Positions 27,775 through 41,394 are shown, numbered from the stretch's first letter. The stretch: DNA of 64,000 bases from Candidatus Iainarchaeum sp. (GCA_018304425.1 JAGVWE010000004.1:96001-160000); one strand, 5' to 3'. Notes: a model not told the origin generated them from the sequence alone. A program made the numbers and translations.

Positions 27775-28206
27775 TTACCGCTTTACCTTCTCCTTTCTGC
27801 CGGTGCGAAGCATTTCCAGGGCCTGCCCGTTCACGTGCGTGACCTTGTATTTCACGCCCCACAAGTCCCCCACCGGGCCATGCTTCCTTCCCCCGATGCC
27901 CGAAATGATGACTTCATCGTGTTCGTCAATGTACTTGATGGCGCCATCCTTGGGCGCCAAGGCCGTTACTTCCACGCCGTTCTTGATGATTTGCACGCGC
28001 ACGCATTTCCGTATCCCGGAATTCGGTTGCCTCGCCGTAACCCCGCGCTTCTCGAGGACGATGCCCCTTGCCTGGGGCGCGCCCTCCAAGGGGTCGACCT
28101 TTTCCTTGAGGAGCCTCCGCTTGAAGGAGGCTTTCTTCTTCCGCCACTTCTTCCGGTTGTCCTCAAGACTCGCCGCTGCAAATTCTCCTTTCGCCATAAA
28201 CATCAT
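27775..28206 (-). CDS. rps12: 30S ribosomal protein uS12
   Basis: [31 protein letters not shown]; start 28206 or 28197. Confidence 0.97.
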   Translation of the reverse strand: MMFMAKGEFAAASLEDNRKKWRKKKASFKRRLLKEKVDPLEGAPQARGIVLEKRGVTARQPNSGIRKCVRVQIIKNGVEVTALAPKDGAIKYIDEHDEVIISGIGGRKHGPVGDLWGVKYKVTHVNGQALEMLRTGRKEKVKR

Positions 28207-28616
28207 CTGATAATCAAATCAGCTACCCCGTAATTTCTTTTCAATATTTCCTTTATCTTCCTCAGCTTGCCCAGGCTTTGCAGGGCCTTCTTCTTGTGCT
28301 CCGCTTCAAACGAGGCAATCAGCACCTTCCGCCCCTGCCGCTCCGAGAACGCGGTTTCCTTGATGGGAACCTTGTAAAACGCTTTCCTCACAAAGTCCAC
28401 AGCACTTTCCGCGTACTCGAACAACTCAATGCTCTTTCCAATCCTCTCCCTGACCTTCGCAATGGTCTGGCCGTTCTTGCCGATTGCCAGCCCCATTTGC
28501 TTGCCGTTGACCAGGAAAATGATTTCATCCTCCTTGGCCAGGCAGTCCCTCGCCGAAACCCCGGCAAGGTCCTCCAACGCGTTGATGTAATGGATCTCTG
28601 TCTTGCCCAACTTCAT
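28203..28616 (-). CDS. nusA: Archaeal NusA (KH domains)
   Basis: MG.AIGKNG..I; position between eL30 and uS12. Confidence 0.9.
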   Translation of the reverse strand: MKLGKTEIHYINALEDLAGVSARDCLAKEDEIIFLVNGKQMGLAIGKNGQTIAKVRERIGKSIELFEYAESAVDFVRKAFYKVPIKETAFSERQGRKVLIASFEAEHKKKALQSLGKLRKIKEILKRNYGVADLIIR

Positions 28617-28632
28617 TCTTCCACGTCCAAGG

Positions 28633-28950
28633 TCAGGCCTTGGCCTCGCCACCCAGGCTCAGCACGTTGCTCTTGCCCGGCTTGACAACCACCATGGAGA
28701 GAATGCTGAATGGCTTCCCGCAAACAGAGCCAAGCTCCAAACCCGTTCCCATGAACTCATAAACGGGTACACCGGCAACGCTTGCCTGTGCCTGGAGCTT
28801 TTCCTTTACAAGCTTCGGGATGTTCCCGCTAATTATTAGTAGTTGTCCGTCTCCCTTTAAAATACTTTTCTCGGACTCCCTGCGCCCGAAAAACACTTCC
28901 CCGGAGTCAACCGCCCTCCGGATTTCCTTGCCCGCATCCACTGCCGCCAT
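28633..28950 (-). CDS. rpl30e: 50S ribosomal protein eL30
   Basis: AV.SG.V..G, GT..ELG..CGKPF, PG.S.VL. Confidence 0.95.
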   Translation of the reverse strand: MAAVDAGKEIRRAVDSGEVFFGRRESEKSILKGDGQLLIISGNIPKLVKEKLQAQASVAGVPVYEFMGTGLELGSVCGKPFSILSMVVVKPGKSNVLSLGGEAKA

Positions 28951-28952
28951 AC

Positions 28953-32905
<3,953 letters not shown>

Positions 32906-32907
32906 CT

Positions 32908-34731
32908 TTACACCTTGTCCCCGATTTTCAGTTTGGGGTTGACTCCCAACGCCTTCAGCTCGTCCAACAACAACTTGAACCCGTAACTCATCTCAACGGG
33001 GTACACCTTGGAGCCGTCGCAGATCGCGCAATACTTCTTGTTCCGGATCTGGTCGTTGATGCCGATGACCCCGCACTTCTCGCAGACCAGTTCGATGGCC
33101 TTGTCCGAGTCCTCGATGAGTTTCTCGTGCAAGAGCATTGCGGCACCGTGGCCCACCAGGGTCTCGCCTTCCATTTCACCGAAGCGGAGGCCTCCCTCTT
33201 TTTCCTTTCCCTCGGTCGGCTGCCGGGTGAGAATCTGCACCGGGCCCCGTGACCGGGCCTGCATCTTGTGCGCGACCATGTGGAACAGCCGCCGGTAAGC
33301 CACGACCCCGGTAAAGATTTCGCCTTCGACCCGTTGCCCGGTCGTGCCATCGTAGAAGACTTCCTTGCCGTCCTCCCGGAAACCGTGTTCCTTGAGGATA
33401 TCGGCCATTTCCTGCCTATCGCTTGCCGCGAACGGCGTGCCATCCACTTCCATGGCCTTCAACGAACCGGCCTTGCCTGCCAGCATTTCCAGCAGGTGCC
33501 CCATCGTCATACGGCTTGGCACCGAGTGCGGGTTCAGGATGAGGTCGGGCTTCATGCCGTCCTTCGTGAAAGGCATGTCCTCTTCGGGGATGATGGCGCC
33601 AATGACTCCCTTCTGGCCGTGCCGGGAACTGAACTTGTCGCCCAGCGCGGGCACCATCTCGCTCCGGATCTTCACCTTCACCAGCTTGTTGCCAGACTCC
33701 CCCTCCGTGACAATGACCTTGTCGACGAAGCCGTGCTTGTTCTTGCGAATCGTGAGACTGCTTTCCCGTCTCTTTTCCTTGACCACGCCGAACTCCGAGA
33801 TTTCCTCCAAGAACCTTGGCGGGGACGTCCGGCCCATGATGGCCTCTTTTTCCTGGACAAAGGACTCGACTCTCGGCAGGCCGTCCTCGGACAAGTGCTT
33901 GTAGACTTCCGGGCCCATGAACCCCACTGTTTCCTCGACCGGCACCTCGAACTTGTCAATCTGCCCGCCCGGATACCGGTTCTCGGCCGCCTCATACGTG
34001 CGAAAGTAAGCGCTCCTGGCCAGGCCCCGGTCAATGGCTCCCTTGTTCAACACCACGGCATCCAAGATGTTATACCCATAATACGGCATGATGGCCACGA
34101 CAAAGTTCTGGTTCGTGGGCCGCTTGTGGAGTTCCAGGACATCCATGGTCTTCGTCTTCACCAGCGTTTTCTGGGGATAGTACAGCAGATAACCCTCCGT
34201 GTCCGTGCGCAGGTTGTAGTTGATGCCGCTCAGGCCCTGGGCCTGCTTGAACATCTTGGCCCCGTGCAAGGCCTTTCCAGCCATGTTGTGCTGCAAGTAG
34301 GGAATCATGGACGTGATGACCGATAGGATGCCGATGGCCGCAACCTCGATGTGCGTGTGCTCCTTCGACAACTCCTCTTCACCAGTCGCAATCAAGGCGT
34401 TCTCCTCTTCTTCCGCGTCCAGGTACTCGATGACGCCCGCATCCACGAGGTCCTGCCAGGCAAGCTTGCCTTCCCTGACCTGCTTGAGTATCTCCTCGGT
34501 CAGCTTGGGCTTGCCGTTCTCGACCACGATGAGCGGCCGCTGCACCCTCCCCGAGTCCGTGTTGATGTAGATTTCGTTCGTGTCCTCGTGGAACGCGATG
34601 TTGACGGAGGGCACGATTTTCCCCTGCCGCCGCCGCTGCACCAGGTCGTGCACGAGCTTCTCGCCGCTGGGGTGGAACCCAATCAGGCGGCCATTGATGT
34701 ACACCCTGGACTTGCTTTCCTTCGCGCTCAT
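32908..34731 (-). CDS. rpoB1: RNA polymerase subunit B'
   Basis: GDKFSSRHGQKG, PSRMT, RQPTEG, GGLRFGEME, Zn ribbon. Confidence 0.98.
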   Translation of the reverse strand: MSAKESKSRVYINGRLIGFHPSGEKLVHDLVQRRRQGKIVPSVNIAFHEDTNEIYINTDSGRVQRPLIVVENGKPKLTEEILKQVREGKLAWQDLVDAGVIEYLDAEEEENALIATGEEELSKEHTHIEVAAIGILSVITSMIPYLQHNMAGKALHGAKMFKQAQGLSGINYNLRTDTEGYLLYYPQKTLVKTKTMDVLELHKRPTNQNFVVAIMPYYGYNILDAVVLNKGAIDRGLARSAYFRTYEAAENRYPGGQIDKFEVPVEETVGFMGPEVYKHLSEDGLPRVESFVQEKEAIMGRTSPPRFLEEISEFGVVKEKRRESSLTIRKNKHGFVDKVIVTEGESGNKLVKVKIRSEMVPALGDKFSSRHGQKGVIGAIIPEEDMPFTKDGMKPDLILNPHSVPSRMTMGHLLEMLAGKAGSLKAMEVDGTPFAASDRQEMADILKEHGFREDGKEVFYDGTTGQRVEGEIFTGVVAYRRLFHMVAHKMQARSRGPVQILTRQPTEGKEKEGGLRFGEMEGETLVGHGAAMLLHEKLIEDSDKAIELVCEKCGVIGINDQIRNKKYCAICDGSKVYPVEMSYGFKLLLDELKALGVNPKLKIGDKV

Positions 34732-34929
34732 TTAAGCTTCACCCGCCACAACTGCCGAGGCGTCAGTTGGCACCGCATACGGCCGCCCCATCTCGCTGCT
34801 GCTCGATGGGGCATAAATATCTGCCGAGGCGTCAGCCGAGTAGGCCCCCATGGGGGTTGACACCGCAGGCATGCCCCATTTCGCCCCGAAGGGGTTCGAT
34901 GGGGCGGTAGGCTTATTGGCCAGCGTCAT
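34732..34929 (-). CDS. Putative 65-aa bridging ORF carrying two element copies
   Basis: ATG overlaps rpoB'' stop (ATGA), TAA abuts rpoB' ATG; TAPSNPFGAKW resembles TVPSSPFGARW of 12922-13020. Confidence 0.5.
   Translation of the reverse strand: MTLANKPTAPSNPFGAKWGMPAVSTPMGAYSADASADIYAPSSSSEMGRPYAVPTDASAVVAGEA
34752..34910 (-). repeat. Intercistronic element copies C (34873-34910) and D (34785-34812) with 15-nt direct repeat
   Basis: GCCCCAUC-GA-...-GA-[AG]AUGGGGC twice; ctgccgaggcgtcag at 34752-34766 and 34821-34835. Confidence 0.8.
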
Positions 34930-36392
34930 TTCAATTTCACTCCCATGTCCCGCAACATCTTCTCCACCGGGCTTTCATCGGTTTCCGTGGTTACCTCCGC
35001 CAACAAGGCGAGGTTCTTGACCAGCCCACACTGCGGGCCGTCCGGGGTCTCGATGCAGCAGAGCCGGCCCCAATGCGTTCCATGCACGTCCCTGGCCTCG
35101 TACAACTCCCGGTTCTTGTCCAGGGGAGACTTGACCTTCCGCAAATCCGTCAACGGACTCAAATAATTCACGCGGTCCATGAACTTGCTCACACCGGTTG
35201 CCCTGCCAATCCAGTTGCCGGTGCTCATCGCGAACCTAATTCTCTCCGTTATCGCACCGGGCCTCACCACCGTGCTGATGTTCAGCTTCCTTCTCCGGGT
35301 AACGGTTCGGTCAATCTGGAACTTCAAGTCCTTGATGAAGTACTTGAACGAGTACCGGAACAGGTGCTCCATGAGCTTGCCCGACAACTCAAGCCGTTTG
35401 TTCGCGTAGTGGTCCTTGTCGTCGTCTTCCCTGAGGTTGCTGGCCCGTTCAATGGCCTTGGTGGCCATCATGACCAGGTAATAGGCCTTGGCCAGCCGGT
35501 CCTTGGGCTCCTGGCCGATGTGCGGCAACAGGAAGGCGTCCACGACTTCCTGCGCGCGCTTCAACCGGTATTCCTCGACCTGGCCGGGGGCCACGAACTT
35601 CCCGATCTTGTCCAGGGCCTCTTCCTCGGTCTTCACCTGCAGGGTCTCCAGGTTAATCAAGGCATCGTTCTCGATTTCCTTCGGCCCGCCCTCAAAGGCT
35701 TCCATGATTTCCCGGTCGTTTTTGAGGCCCAGCGCCTTCAACAACACGAACAACTTGAGCTTCCTCGGCGAGGCCGGGAAGGTGACGTTCAACGTGCCGT
35801 CCGGGTTCCGCAGGATCCTGACGCGGCCCTTGAACGCGCCCCGCGTCGAAATCACTTCCGCGATGATCTTGTCCTGTGCCTGCTTGGACACGAGCACACG
35901 GTCCGAGGCCAGCACTTCCTGGGTCATCAACGCCTTCTCAGAGCCGTTGATGATGAAATAACCGCCAAAGTCCTTGGGGTCCTCGCCCATCTCGACGAGT
36001 TCGTCCCCGGTCTTCCCGTTCAACCAGCACCGGTTCGACTTGAGCATGATGGGCAGTTCCCCGATGTACGCCCTTTTGACGTCCTGCTCCACATCCCGCC
36101 GCAGCAACCGCATCGTCAAGTAAATGGGCGCCGAGTAAGTCCGGTTCCGGATGCGCGCCTCCATGGGGTAGAAGTTGGTGCGCGGGCTCCCGTCGGCTTC
36201 CACGATTTGGGGCCGGCCCACCTCGATTTTGTCCAACTCGATGCGGACTTCCTCGATTTTGGGCACGATCTGCTTGTTTTCCTCGACGATTTCGTCGAGC
36301 TTCTTGTCCAGGAACTGGTTGAAGCTGTCAATCTCCATCTGAGCAAAATTCCGGTTATGGAAATAGGATTGTACGAGCGGCCAATTCTTCAT
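34926..36392 (-). CDS. rpoB2: RNA polymerase subunit B''
   Basis: PMEARIRN.TYSAP, GGYFIINGSE, DHY.NKRL, ETPDG..CGLVKN; start MKNWP after GAAGGAG. Confidence 0.97.
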   Translation of the reverse strand: MKNWPLVQSYFHNRNFAQMEIDSFNQFLDKKLDEIVEENKQIVPKIEEVRIELDKIEVGRPQIVEADGSPRTNFYPMEARIRNRTYSAPIYLTMRLLRRDVEQDVKRAYIGELPIMLKSNRCWLNGKTGDELVEMGEDPKDFGGYFIINGSEKALMTQEVLASDRVLVSKQAQDKIIAEVISTRGAFKGRVRILRNPDGTLNVTFPASPRKLKLFVLLKALGLKNDREIMEAFEGGPKEIENDALINLETLQVKTEEEALDKIGKFVAPGQVEEYRLKRAQEVVDAFLLPHIGQEPKDRLAKAYYLVMMATKAIERASNLREDDDKDHYANKRLELSGKLMEHLFRYSFKYFIKDLKFQIDRTVTRRRKLNISTVVRPGAITERIRFAMSTGNWIGRATGVSKFMDRVNYLSPLTDLRKVKSPLDKNRELYEARDVHGTHWGRLCCIETPDGPQCGLVKNLALLAEVTTETDESPVEKMLRDMGVKLK

Positions 36393-36522
36393 TCCAACTA
36401 ACTCCTTCAACCTTTCTCCGCGAAAAGCCCCGAAGGGCAGGTTGCGGCCGTTCAAAGCCGCAACCGAGGTGGTTAAACCAATCCAGTTCAATGGTTTGGA
36501 GTTGGTTCAATCAATGCAATGA

Positions 36523-36756
36523 TTACACTACGATCCGGTAGTACACGCTTCTTCCGGCCGTGGGGCTGTGCCGTGTTATCTTCACGATGTCGCCCCGCTT
36601 GGCCCCGATTTCTTCGATGACGGGGTCGTTGGCCAGAATCTGCGGGATTTTTTCGTTGGTGGCGTGGAACGCCTTCAAGACTTCCGGAGCCTTGTCCTGT
36701 GGCACCACTTCGTGCTTGGGCACCATGAAATGCTGGGACAACTGCTTTAACACCAA
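36523..36756 (-). CDS. rpoH: RNA polymerase subunit H (Rpo5)
   Basis: H..VPKHE, P.I...DPV, GDIVKI.R.S.TAG..YYR.V; start TTG/GTG near 36756 inferred. Confidence 0.93.
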   Translation of the reverse strand: MVLKQLSQHFMVPKHEVVPQDKAPEVLKAFHATNEKIPQILANDPVIEEIGAKRGDIVKITRHSPTAGRSVYYRIVV

Positions 36757-37059
36757 GGGGACCACGCCATACTTTACGGCTTTAACGGGAATCCATGGGC
36801 CAGCCTCGCAAGGGAATTCAACGCCAAATCCTTGCCTTGGGGAAACGCCAATCCAACCCATTCACCGCGCAATCAGCCGCTACAAATACATCTACTCAGA
36901 TGCACTATGTATTTCTACTATTTTCTCCAAAGAAAGAAATTTAAAGGCATACCCTAGCCGCCTAAAAACCCTTAAATGCCTTCCGCTCGCCCTCCCCCAA
37001 AGCATTACCCGAAACCGTTAACCAACCCGTTTTTAAGTAGTTAGCCGGGGTATTCCCTT

Positions 37060-37728
37060 GTGAGCTCGGAACACTTCTTCTTGTTGTTGGAGGTCTTGAA
37101 ACAAGCCGGCCTGCAAGGCACCGCCCGTTCCTCGACCACGCGGTTGGCCAGGGTCCTCCATTGCAGCCAGCAAACCGTTTCCCGGCAACTCCGCGAACTC
37201 GAGGCCCGGAGCCTGCTTTTACGCCGCGCCTCTCCCCTCGGCGTTGAACTCTCCCTCTCCCCCCAAGGCCAGCGCTTGCTGCAAGGCGTTTACACCGAAC
37301 TCTGCCAGTCCCTGCAAGCCAGCGGCAACCCCTGCACGCTTTCCGGCACCGTGGAAACCGGTTTGATGGAAGGGGCTTACTATCTTTCCCTGCCCCCCTA
37401 CCAACGGCAACTCCGCGAAAAACTCGGCTTCCCTCCCTTCAAGGGAACCCTCAACCTCCACGTCAACGAAACCGACTTGCACGCCTTTCTCGCCCAGGCC
37501 AAGCCCCTGCACGTGGAAGGCTTTCAAAGCGAGGAACGTAGCTTCGGCGGCCTCAAAGCCTACCGCGTCCTCGTCAATGGAAAAATCCCTGCCGCCTTGA
37601 TTCACCCAGACCGCACCACGCACAAGAACGTCGCAGAAGTCATCGCCGAGAAGAAGCTGCGCGACCAACTCGGCCTCAAAGACGGCGACCGCGTCTCCTT
37701 GACGCTCCAGGAGGAAAGCCATGCCTAA
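37060..37728 (+). CDS. ribK: CTP-dependent riboflavin kinase with N-terminal winged HTH
   Basis: HTH SQQTVSR.L..LE; G..EG.YY, PF.GTLN, P.RT.H, LR..LGLKDGD. Confidence 0.92.
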   Translation: MSSEHFFLLLEVLKQAGLQGTARSSTTRLARVLHCSQQTVSRQLRELEARSLLLRRASPLGVELSLSPQGQRLLQGVYTELCQSLQASGNPCTLSGTVETGLMEGAYYLSLPPYQRQLREKLGFPPFKGTLNLHVNETDLHAFLAQAKPLHVEGFQSEERSFGGLKAYRVLVNGKIPAALIHPDRTTHKNVAEVIAEKKLRDQLGLKDGDRVSLTLQEESHA

Positions 37729-38197
37729 AACACCGGTCATCGGCATCGCGGACACGATGTTCGCGCGCGCGGACATGGGTTCCCTGGCCGAGCAAACCAT
37801 TCGAAGGGAGGCCCCGCAGGCCATCATTTACCGCGTCACGGTTCCGGGCATCAAGGACCTGCCGGTTGCCTGCAAGCGCCTCCTCGAGGCCAGGAAGTGC
37901 CATATCGTGGTCGCGCTGGGCATGCCCGGCAAGATGCCCATCGACCAGCAGTGCGCGCACGAAGCCTCTTTGGGCATCCAGTGGGCACAGTTGATGACGA
38001 ACAAGCACGTCCTCGAGGTCTTCGTTCACGAGGGCGAGGGCAAGAACGACCAGGACCTGGCCGAGGTCATGCGCAACCGCACGATTAAGCACGCCGTCAA
38101 CGCCGTCAAGTTGTTGACCGACCCCGGTTGGTTGCGCGAGCGCGCGGGCACCGGCCAGCGGCAGGGAAGAGCGAATGCCAGGCCCCTCAAACTCTGA
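37721..38197 (+). CDS. ribC: Archaeal riboflavin synthase
   Basis: IGIADT.FAR.DMG, TVPGIKDLPVACK, EVFVHE.E, G.RQG. Confidence 0.95.
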   Translation: MPKTPVIGIADTMFARADMGSLAEQTIRREAPQAIIYRVTVPGIKDLPVACKRLLEARKCHIVVALGMPGKMPIDQQCAHEASLGIQWAQLMTNKHVLEVFVHEGEGKNDQDLAEVMRNRTIKHAVNAVKLLTDPGWLRERAGTGQRQGRANARPLKL

Positions 38198-38606
38198 ACG
38201 CCGTCCCAGGCTTGGAATCGCGGTCAGCCGCTTCAACGAGGAGTTGACCTCGCGCATGCTTCGCACCGCCGAACAACACGCCGCATCCCTTGGCTGCACC
38301 CTCTCCCAGGTCCTTCACGTGCCAGGGGCTTATGACCTGCCGCTCGCCGTGAAAAAACTGCTGCAGCGCAGGGACGTGGACGCGGTCGTGACCCTGGGTG
38401 CGGTCATCGCGGGGGAAACCGGGCACGACGAAGTCATCTTGTCCGCGCTCGCGCCCGCCTTGACGCAACTCTCGCTGGAGTTCATGAAACCCGTTGCCCT
38501 CGGCGTCATCGGCCCGGCCACCGAAGCCCAGGCCGAAGCCCGCGCCGAAGAATACCCCAAGCGCGCGGTCGAGGCCGCGGTGCAGATGCTGGCGGCTCTT
38601 CGATAG
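38175..38606 (+). CDS. ribH: 6,7-dimethyl-8-ribityllumazine synthase
   Basis: VS.FN, VPGA.D.P, LGAVI.GET.H, KPV.LGV. Confidence 0.95.
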   Translation: MPGPSNSERRPRLGIAVSRFNEELTSRMLRTAEQHAASLGCTLSQVLHVPGAYDLPLAVKKLLQRRDVDAVVTLGAVIAGETGHDEVILSALAPALTQLSLEFMKPVALGVIGPATEAQAEARAEEYPKRAVEAAVQMLAALR

Positions 38607-38649
38607 CCTTTTATTTATTCGCGGCCCCTGCGTTTAGGTGGAGAACAGC

Positions 38650-39014
38650 ATGAAGAACCTCGCACCCAAGCTCGTGCGCCAGCGCATCATCATCGAGGGC
38701 ACGACGATGAAATCGCCAAGCCCCCGCTCATTAAGGCCTATCTATTGGCCTTGTCCAAGGCCGTCAAAATGAAGGCCTTGCGCAAGCCCCATGCCTATGT
38801 GGCAGGGGACATGGGCTACGGGGGCTGGATCCACTGGGCGACTTCGGGCGCGCACTTCTATTCCTATCCTGCCGAGCACACGCACCCCACCAACCCGCCC
38901 TTGTTCACCGTGGATGCGTACACCTGCAAGCCGTTCTCGGCCCGGAAATCAGTCGCCTTCACCAGGCGCTACCTCAAGGCCCGGCACCTCGAGTGGAAGG
39001 AAATTGAAATCTGA
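38650..39014 (+). pseudogene. S-adenosylmethionine decarboxylase-like gene with a -1 frameshift near 38701-38706
   Basis: SD AGGTGGAG, MKNLAPKLVRQRIIIEG in one frame; ..GWIHWATSGAHFYSY..FTVDAYTCKPF in the -1 frame. Confidence 0.65.
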
Positions 39015-39428
39015 TTACCTAGGGCTTCTGCGGCGCGTGAACACACCCATGGATTCCAGGGAGCGCGTGCCCCGTGTCCCATAGCCGTGGAGGGTGCGGA
39101 TGGTAACGTCAAGCAGTATAGCAATTTCGGCTATTCGTTTGGCTACTCTGGCTCTTTCAGCGGCACTTTCCACCACATCAAATGCGCGGTGGTAAGCGCC
39201 CAGCAAGGCCCGGGCTCTTTCGACTTCGTTCAGGTGCGGCGTGGTCTCGAAGTTTGAAATCGCCCGAAGCACGCGTTTTCCCTTTAAGGAAGGGAATCGG
39301 TGCAGGAGGTTCCTTTCAGCCACGCCCCGCAATTGCTTGCGATGCTCGCGTACCGACTGAAACAGGGGTTTTCTGGCTGCTTTATCGGTGCTCCTTCGCC
39401 TCGGATTTCGTACATGTTCCCTTTGCAT
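39015..39428 (-). CDS. Hypothetical Arg-rich protein
   Basis: 137-aa ORF filling the gap after ALDH; no recognisable motif. Confidence 0.55.
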   Translation of the reverse strand: MQREHVRNPRRRSTDKAARKPLFQSVREHRKQLRGVAERNLLHRFPSLKGKRVLRAISNFETTPHLNEVERARALLGAYHRAFDVVESAAERARVAKRIAEIAILLDVTIRTLHGYGTRGTRSLESMGVFTRRRSPR

Positions 39429-39457
39429 TTTTTCGCCTCGTCTTCATCCTGCTCGTC

Positions 39458-40882
39458 CTAATTCAGGTTCAGCCCCAACAGCTTGAGTTCCGTCATCTCT
39501 TCCATGGCGTACTTGACGCCCTCGCGGCCGAAACCGCTGTCCTTGACCCCGCCATAGGGCATGTTGTCGACGCGGAAGCTTGACACTTCGTTGACTATCA
39601 AGCCGCCCACTTCGAGTTCTTCGAACGCCCGCCAAATCTTTTTCAAGTCGTTCGAAAACAGGCCGGCCTGCAAGCCGAACCGCGAGCGGTTGACTTCCTT
39701 GAGCGCCCAGTCGAAGTCCTTGTAGGGGATGCAAATCACGAGGGGGCCGAAGGCCTCCATGCAGCCCAACCTGCACTTCTTTGGCACGCCGGTGAGCACG
39801 GTGGCCTCGAAAAAGCTTTCCCTCCGCTTGCCACCGCACAGGACTTTGGCGCCGCCAACCCGGGCTTCTTCCACCCATTCCTGCACGCGCTTCGCGTTCT
39901 CCTCGTCAATCATGCAACCCAACTGCGTGTCCGGCTTCAAGGGCTCGCCGACCTTCAACTCCCGTGCCTGCTTGACGAACGGTTTCATGAACGCATCCCA
40001 CACCCGTTCATGGACGAACAACCGCTGGATGGACACACAGCTCTGCCCGCTATAGTAGAACGCGCCCGTCACGCACTTCTTGACCGCAGCTTCCAGGTCC
40101 GCGTCCGGCTCCACGATGACGGCCGCGTCCCCGCCCAACTCCAATGCAACCTTTTTCTTGCCCGCGCGCTGCTTGATTTCCCATCCAACGACGTCACTGC
40201 CCGTGAAGCTCACCATCTTCACGCGCGGGTCCTCGACGAGCGGCCCAGCCAACTTGGACGAGCAGGGCACGACGTTGAACGCCCCCGTCGGTACCCCAGC
40301 CGCTTCCACGACTTCCGCCAGCTTCAAGGCGCTCAACGGCGTCTTGCTGGCCGGCTTCAACACCAGGGTGTTCCCGGACGCGAGCACCGGGGCAACCTTG
40401 TGGGCCACCAGGTTCAAGGGAAAGTTGAAGGGCGTTATCCCGGCAACCACTCCAATCGGAAAACGCTTGGCGATGCCCACCCGCTTGCCGGCTGCTTTCG
40501 TGACGTCCAAGGGCACGAGTTCCCCGGACAACCGGTGGGCTTCCTCGGCCGCGAACTGGAACGTGGAGATGGCGCGCTCGACCTCGATGTCCGCGTACAC
40601 CCAGGGCTTGCCGGCTTCGAGGCAAAGCGTCTTCGTCAATTCCTCGCGGCGTTCAACCAGGCCGTCCGCGATTTTCTTGCACCACTCAGCCCGCTCCCAG
40701 GCCAGGCTCTTCCGCGTCACCTGGAAGGCTTTGTCCGCAGCCGCCAACGCGTCCTGGATGTCCTTTTCCTGGGCCAAGTGCACGCGCGCGAACGCCTTGC
40801 CGTCAAACGGGTAAACCACGTCCAAGAACTTGCCCGACTCCCGCCACTGGCCGCCGACGAAGAACTTATAGGTCTTAACCAT
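39458..40882 (-). CDS. NAD(P)-dependent aldehyde dehydrogenase
   Basis: ITPFNFP, KPAS, FTGS, LELGG, GQ.C, EAFGP, PYGG.K.SG.GREG. Confidence 0.95.
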   Translation of the reverse strand: MVKTYKFFVGGQWRESGKFLDVVYPFDGKAFARVHLAQEKDIQDALAAADKAFQVTRKSLAWERAEWCKKIADGLVERREELTKTLCLEAGKPWVYADIEVERAISTFQFAAEEAHRLSGELVPLDVTKAAGKRVGIAKRFPIGVVAGITPFNFPLNLVAHKVAPVLASGNTLVLKPASKTPLSALKLAEVVEAAGVPTGAFNVVPCSSKLAGPLVEDPRVKMVSFTGSDVVGWEIKQRAGKKKVALELGGDAAVIVEPDADLEAAVKKCVTGAFYYSGQSCVSIQRLFVHERVWDAFMKPFVKQARELKVGEPLKPDTQLGCMIDEENAKRVQEWVEEARVGGAKVLCGGKRRESFFEATVLTGVPKKCRLGCMEAFGPLVICIPYKDFDWALKEVNRSRFGLQAGLFSNDLKKIWRAFEELEVGGLIVNEVSSFRVDNMPYGGVKDSGFGREGVKYAMEEMTELKLLGLNLN

Positions 40883-40935
40883 GCAGGTCTCCCCTATCTA
40901 CTTGCAGGCTATATCTTCTTATTTATTGGCGAAAA

Positions 40936-41328
40936 CTAGAACGTCTGGCTTCCCGCCAAGTCAACGAATTCGAGTTTGATTTCCAGGCCGCCCGCGGCCG
41001 TGCCCTTGACGAGGGTGCCGTTGAAGGAGTTCATGCCCTGCTTGCAGAGGATGTGCAGGTCGCCTTGGAGGCCTTGTTTGGTGCGGACAAACCTTCCCGA
41101 GGCCGCGGCAAGGGGAACGTCCTTGATTTCTTTGACCACGTACTTGCCTTGGCTGAACCCGTTCATCACGCCTTCCCGCACGTTGCCCGCACAACTCACA
41201 ATCTTTCCCTCGCCGATGCGCGCGTCGGTCATGGCTTTTTCCAGGCAGGCCAGGATGTTGTCGGCCTCGTCCAATTGGAGGGTTAAACACCGCTTTTGGC
41301 CGCCCTTGAAGTAACAGGATGCTGGCAT
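40936..41328 (-). CDS. PPC/DUF296-like protein
   Basis: L..G..I..L, G.I....G.V, LHI, GTL; degenerate His motif. Confidence 0.6.
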   Translation of the reverse strand: MPASCYFKGGQKRCLTLQLDEADNILACLEKAMTDARIGEGKIVSCAGNVREGVMNGFSQGKYVVKEIKDVPLAAASGRFVRTKQGLQGDLHILCKQGMNSFNGTLVKGTAAGGLEIKLEFVDLAGSQTF

Positions 41329-41394
41329 TCATACAGCCAACGCCTTCCCGGTTATTGAGCCTTGACTGTTCGGAAACCTAAACGGAAACCAGGC

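Noticed and set aside
34752-34910. CRISPR array or canonical GTAG-type REP
   Set aside because: Only two short repeats and no cas genes; GTAG lies 3' of the stem rather than 5', and no transposase is in the window (a repeat-element origin is not fully excluded)
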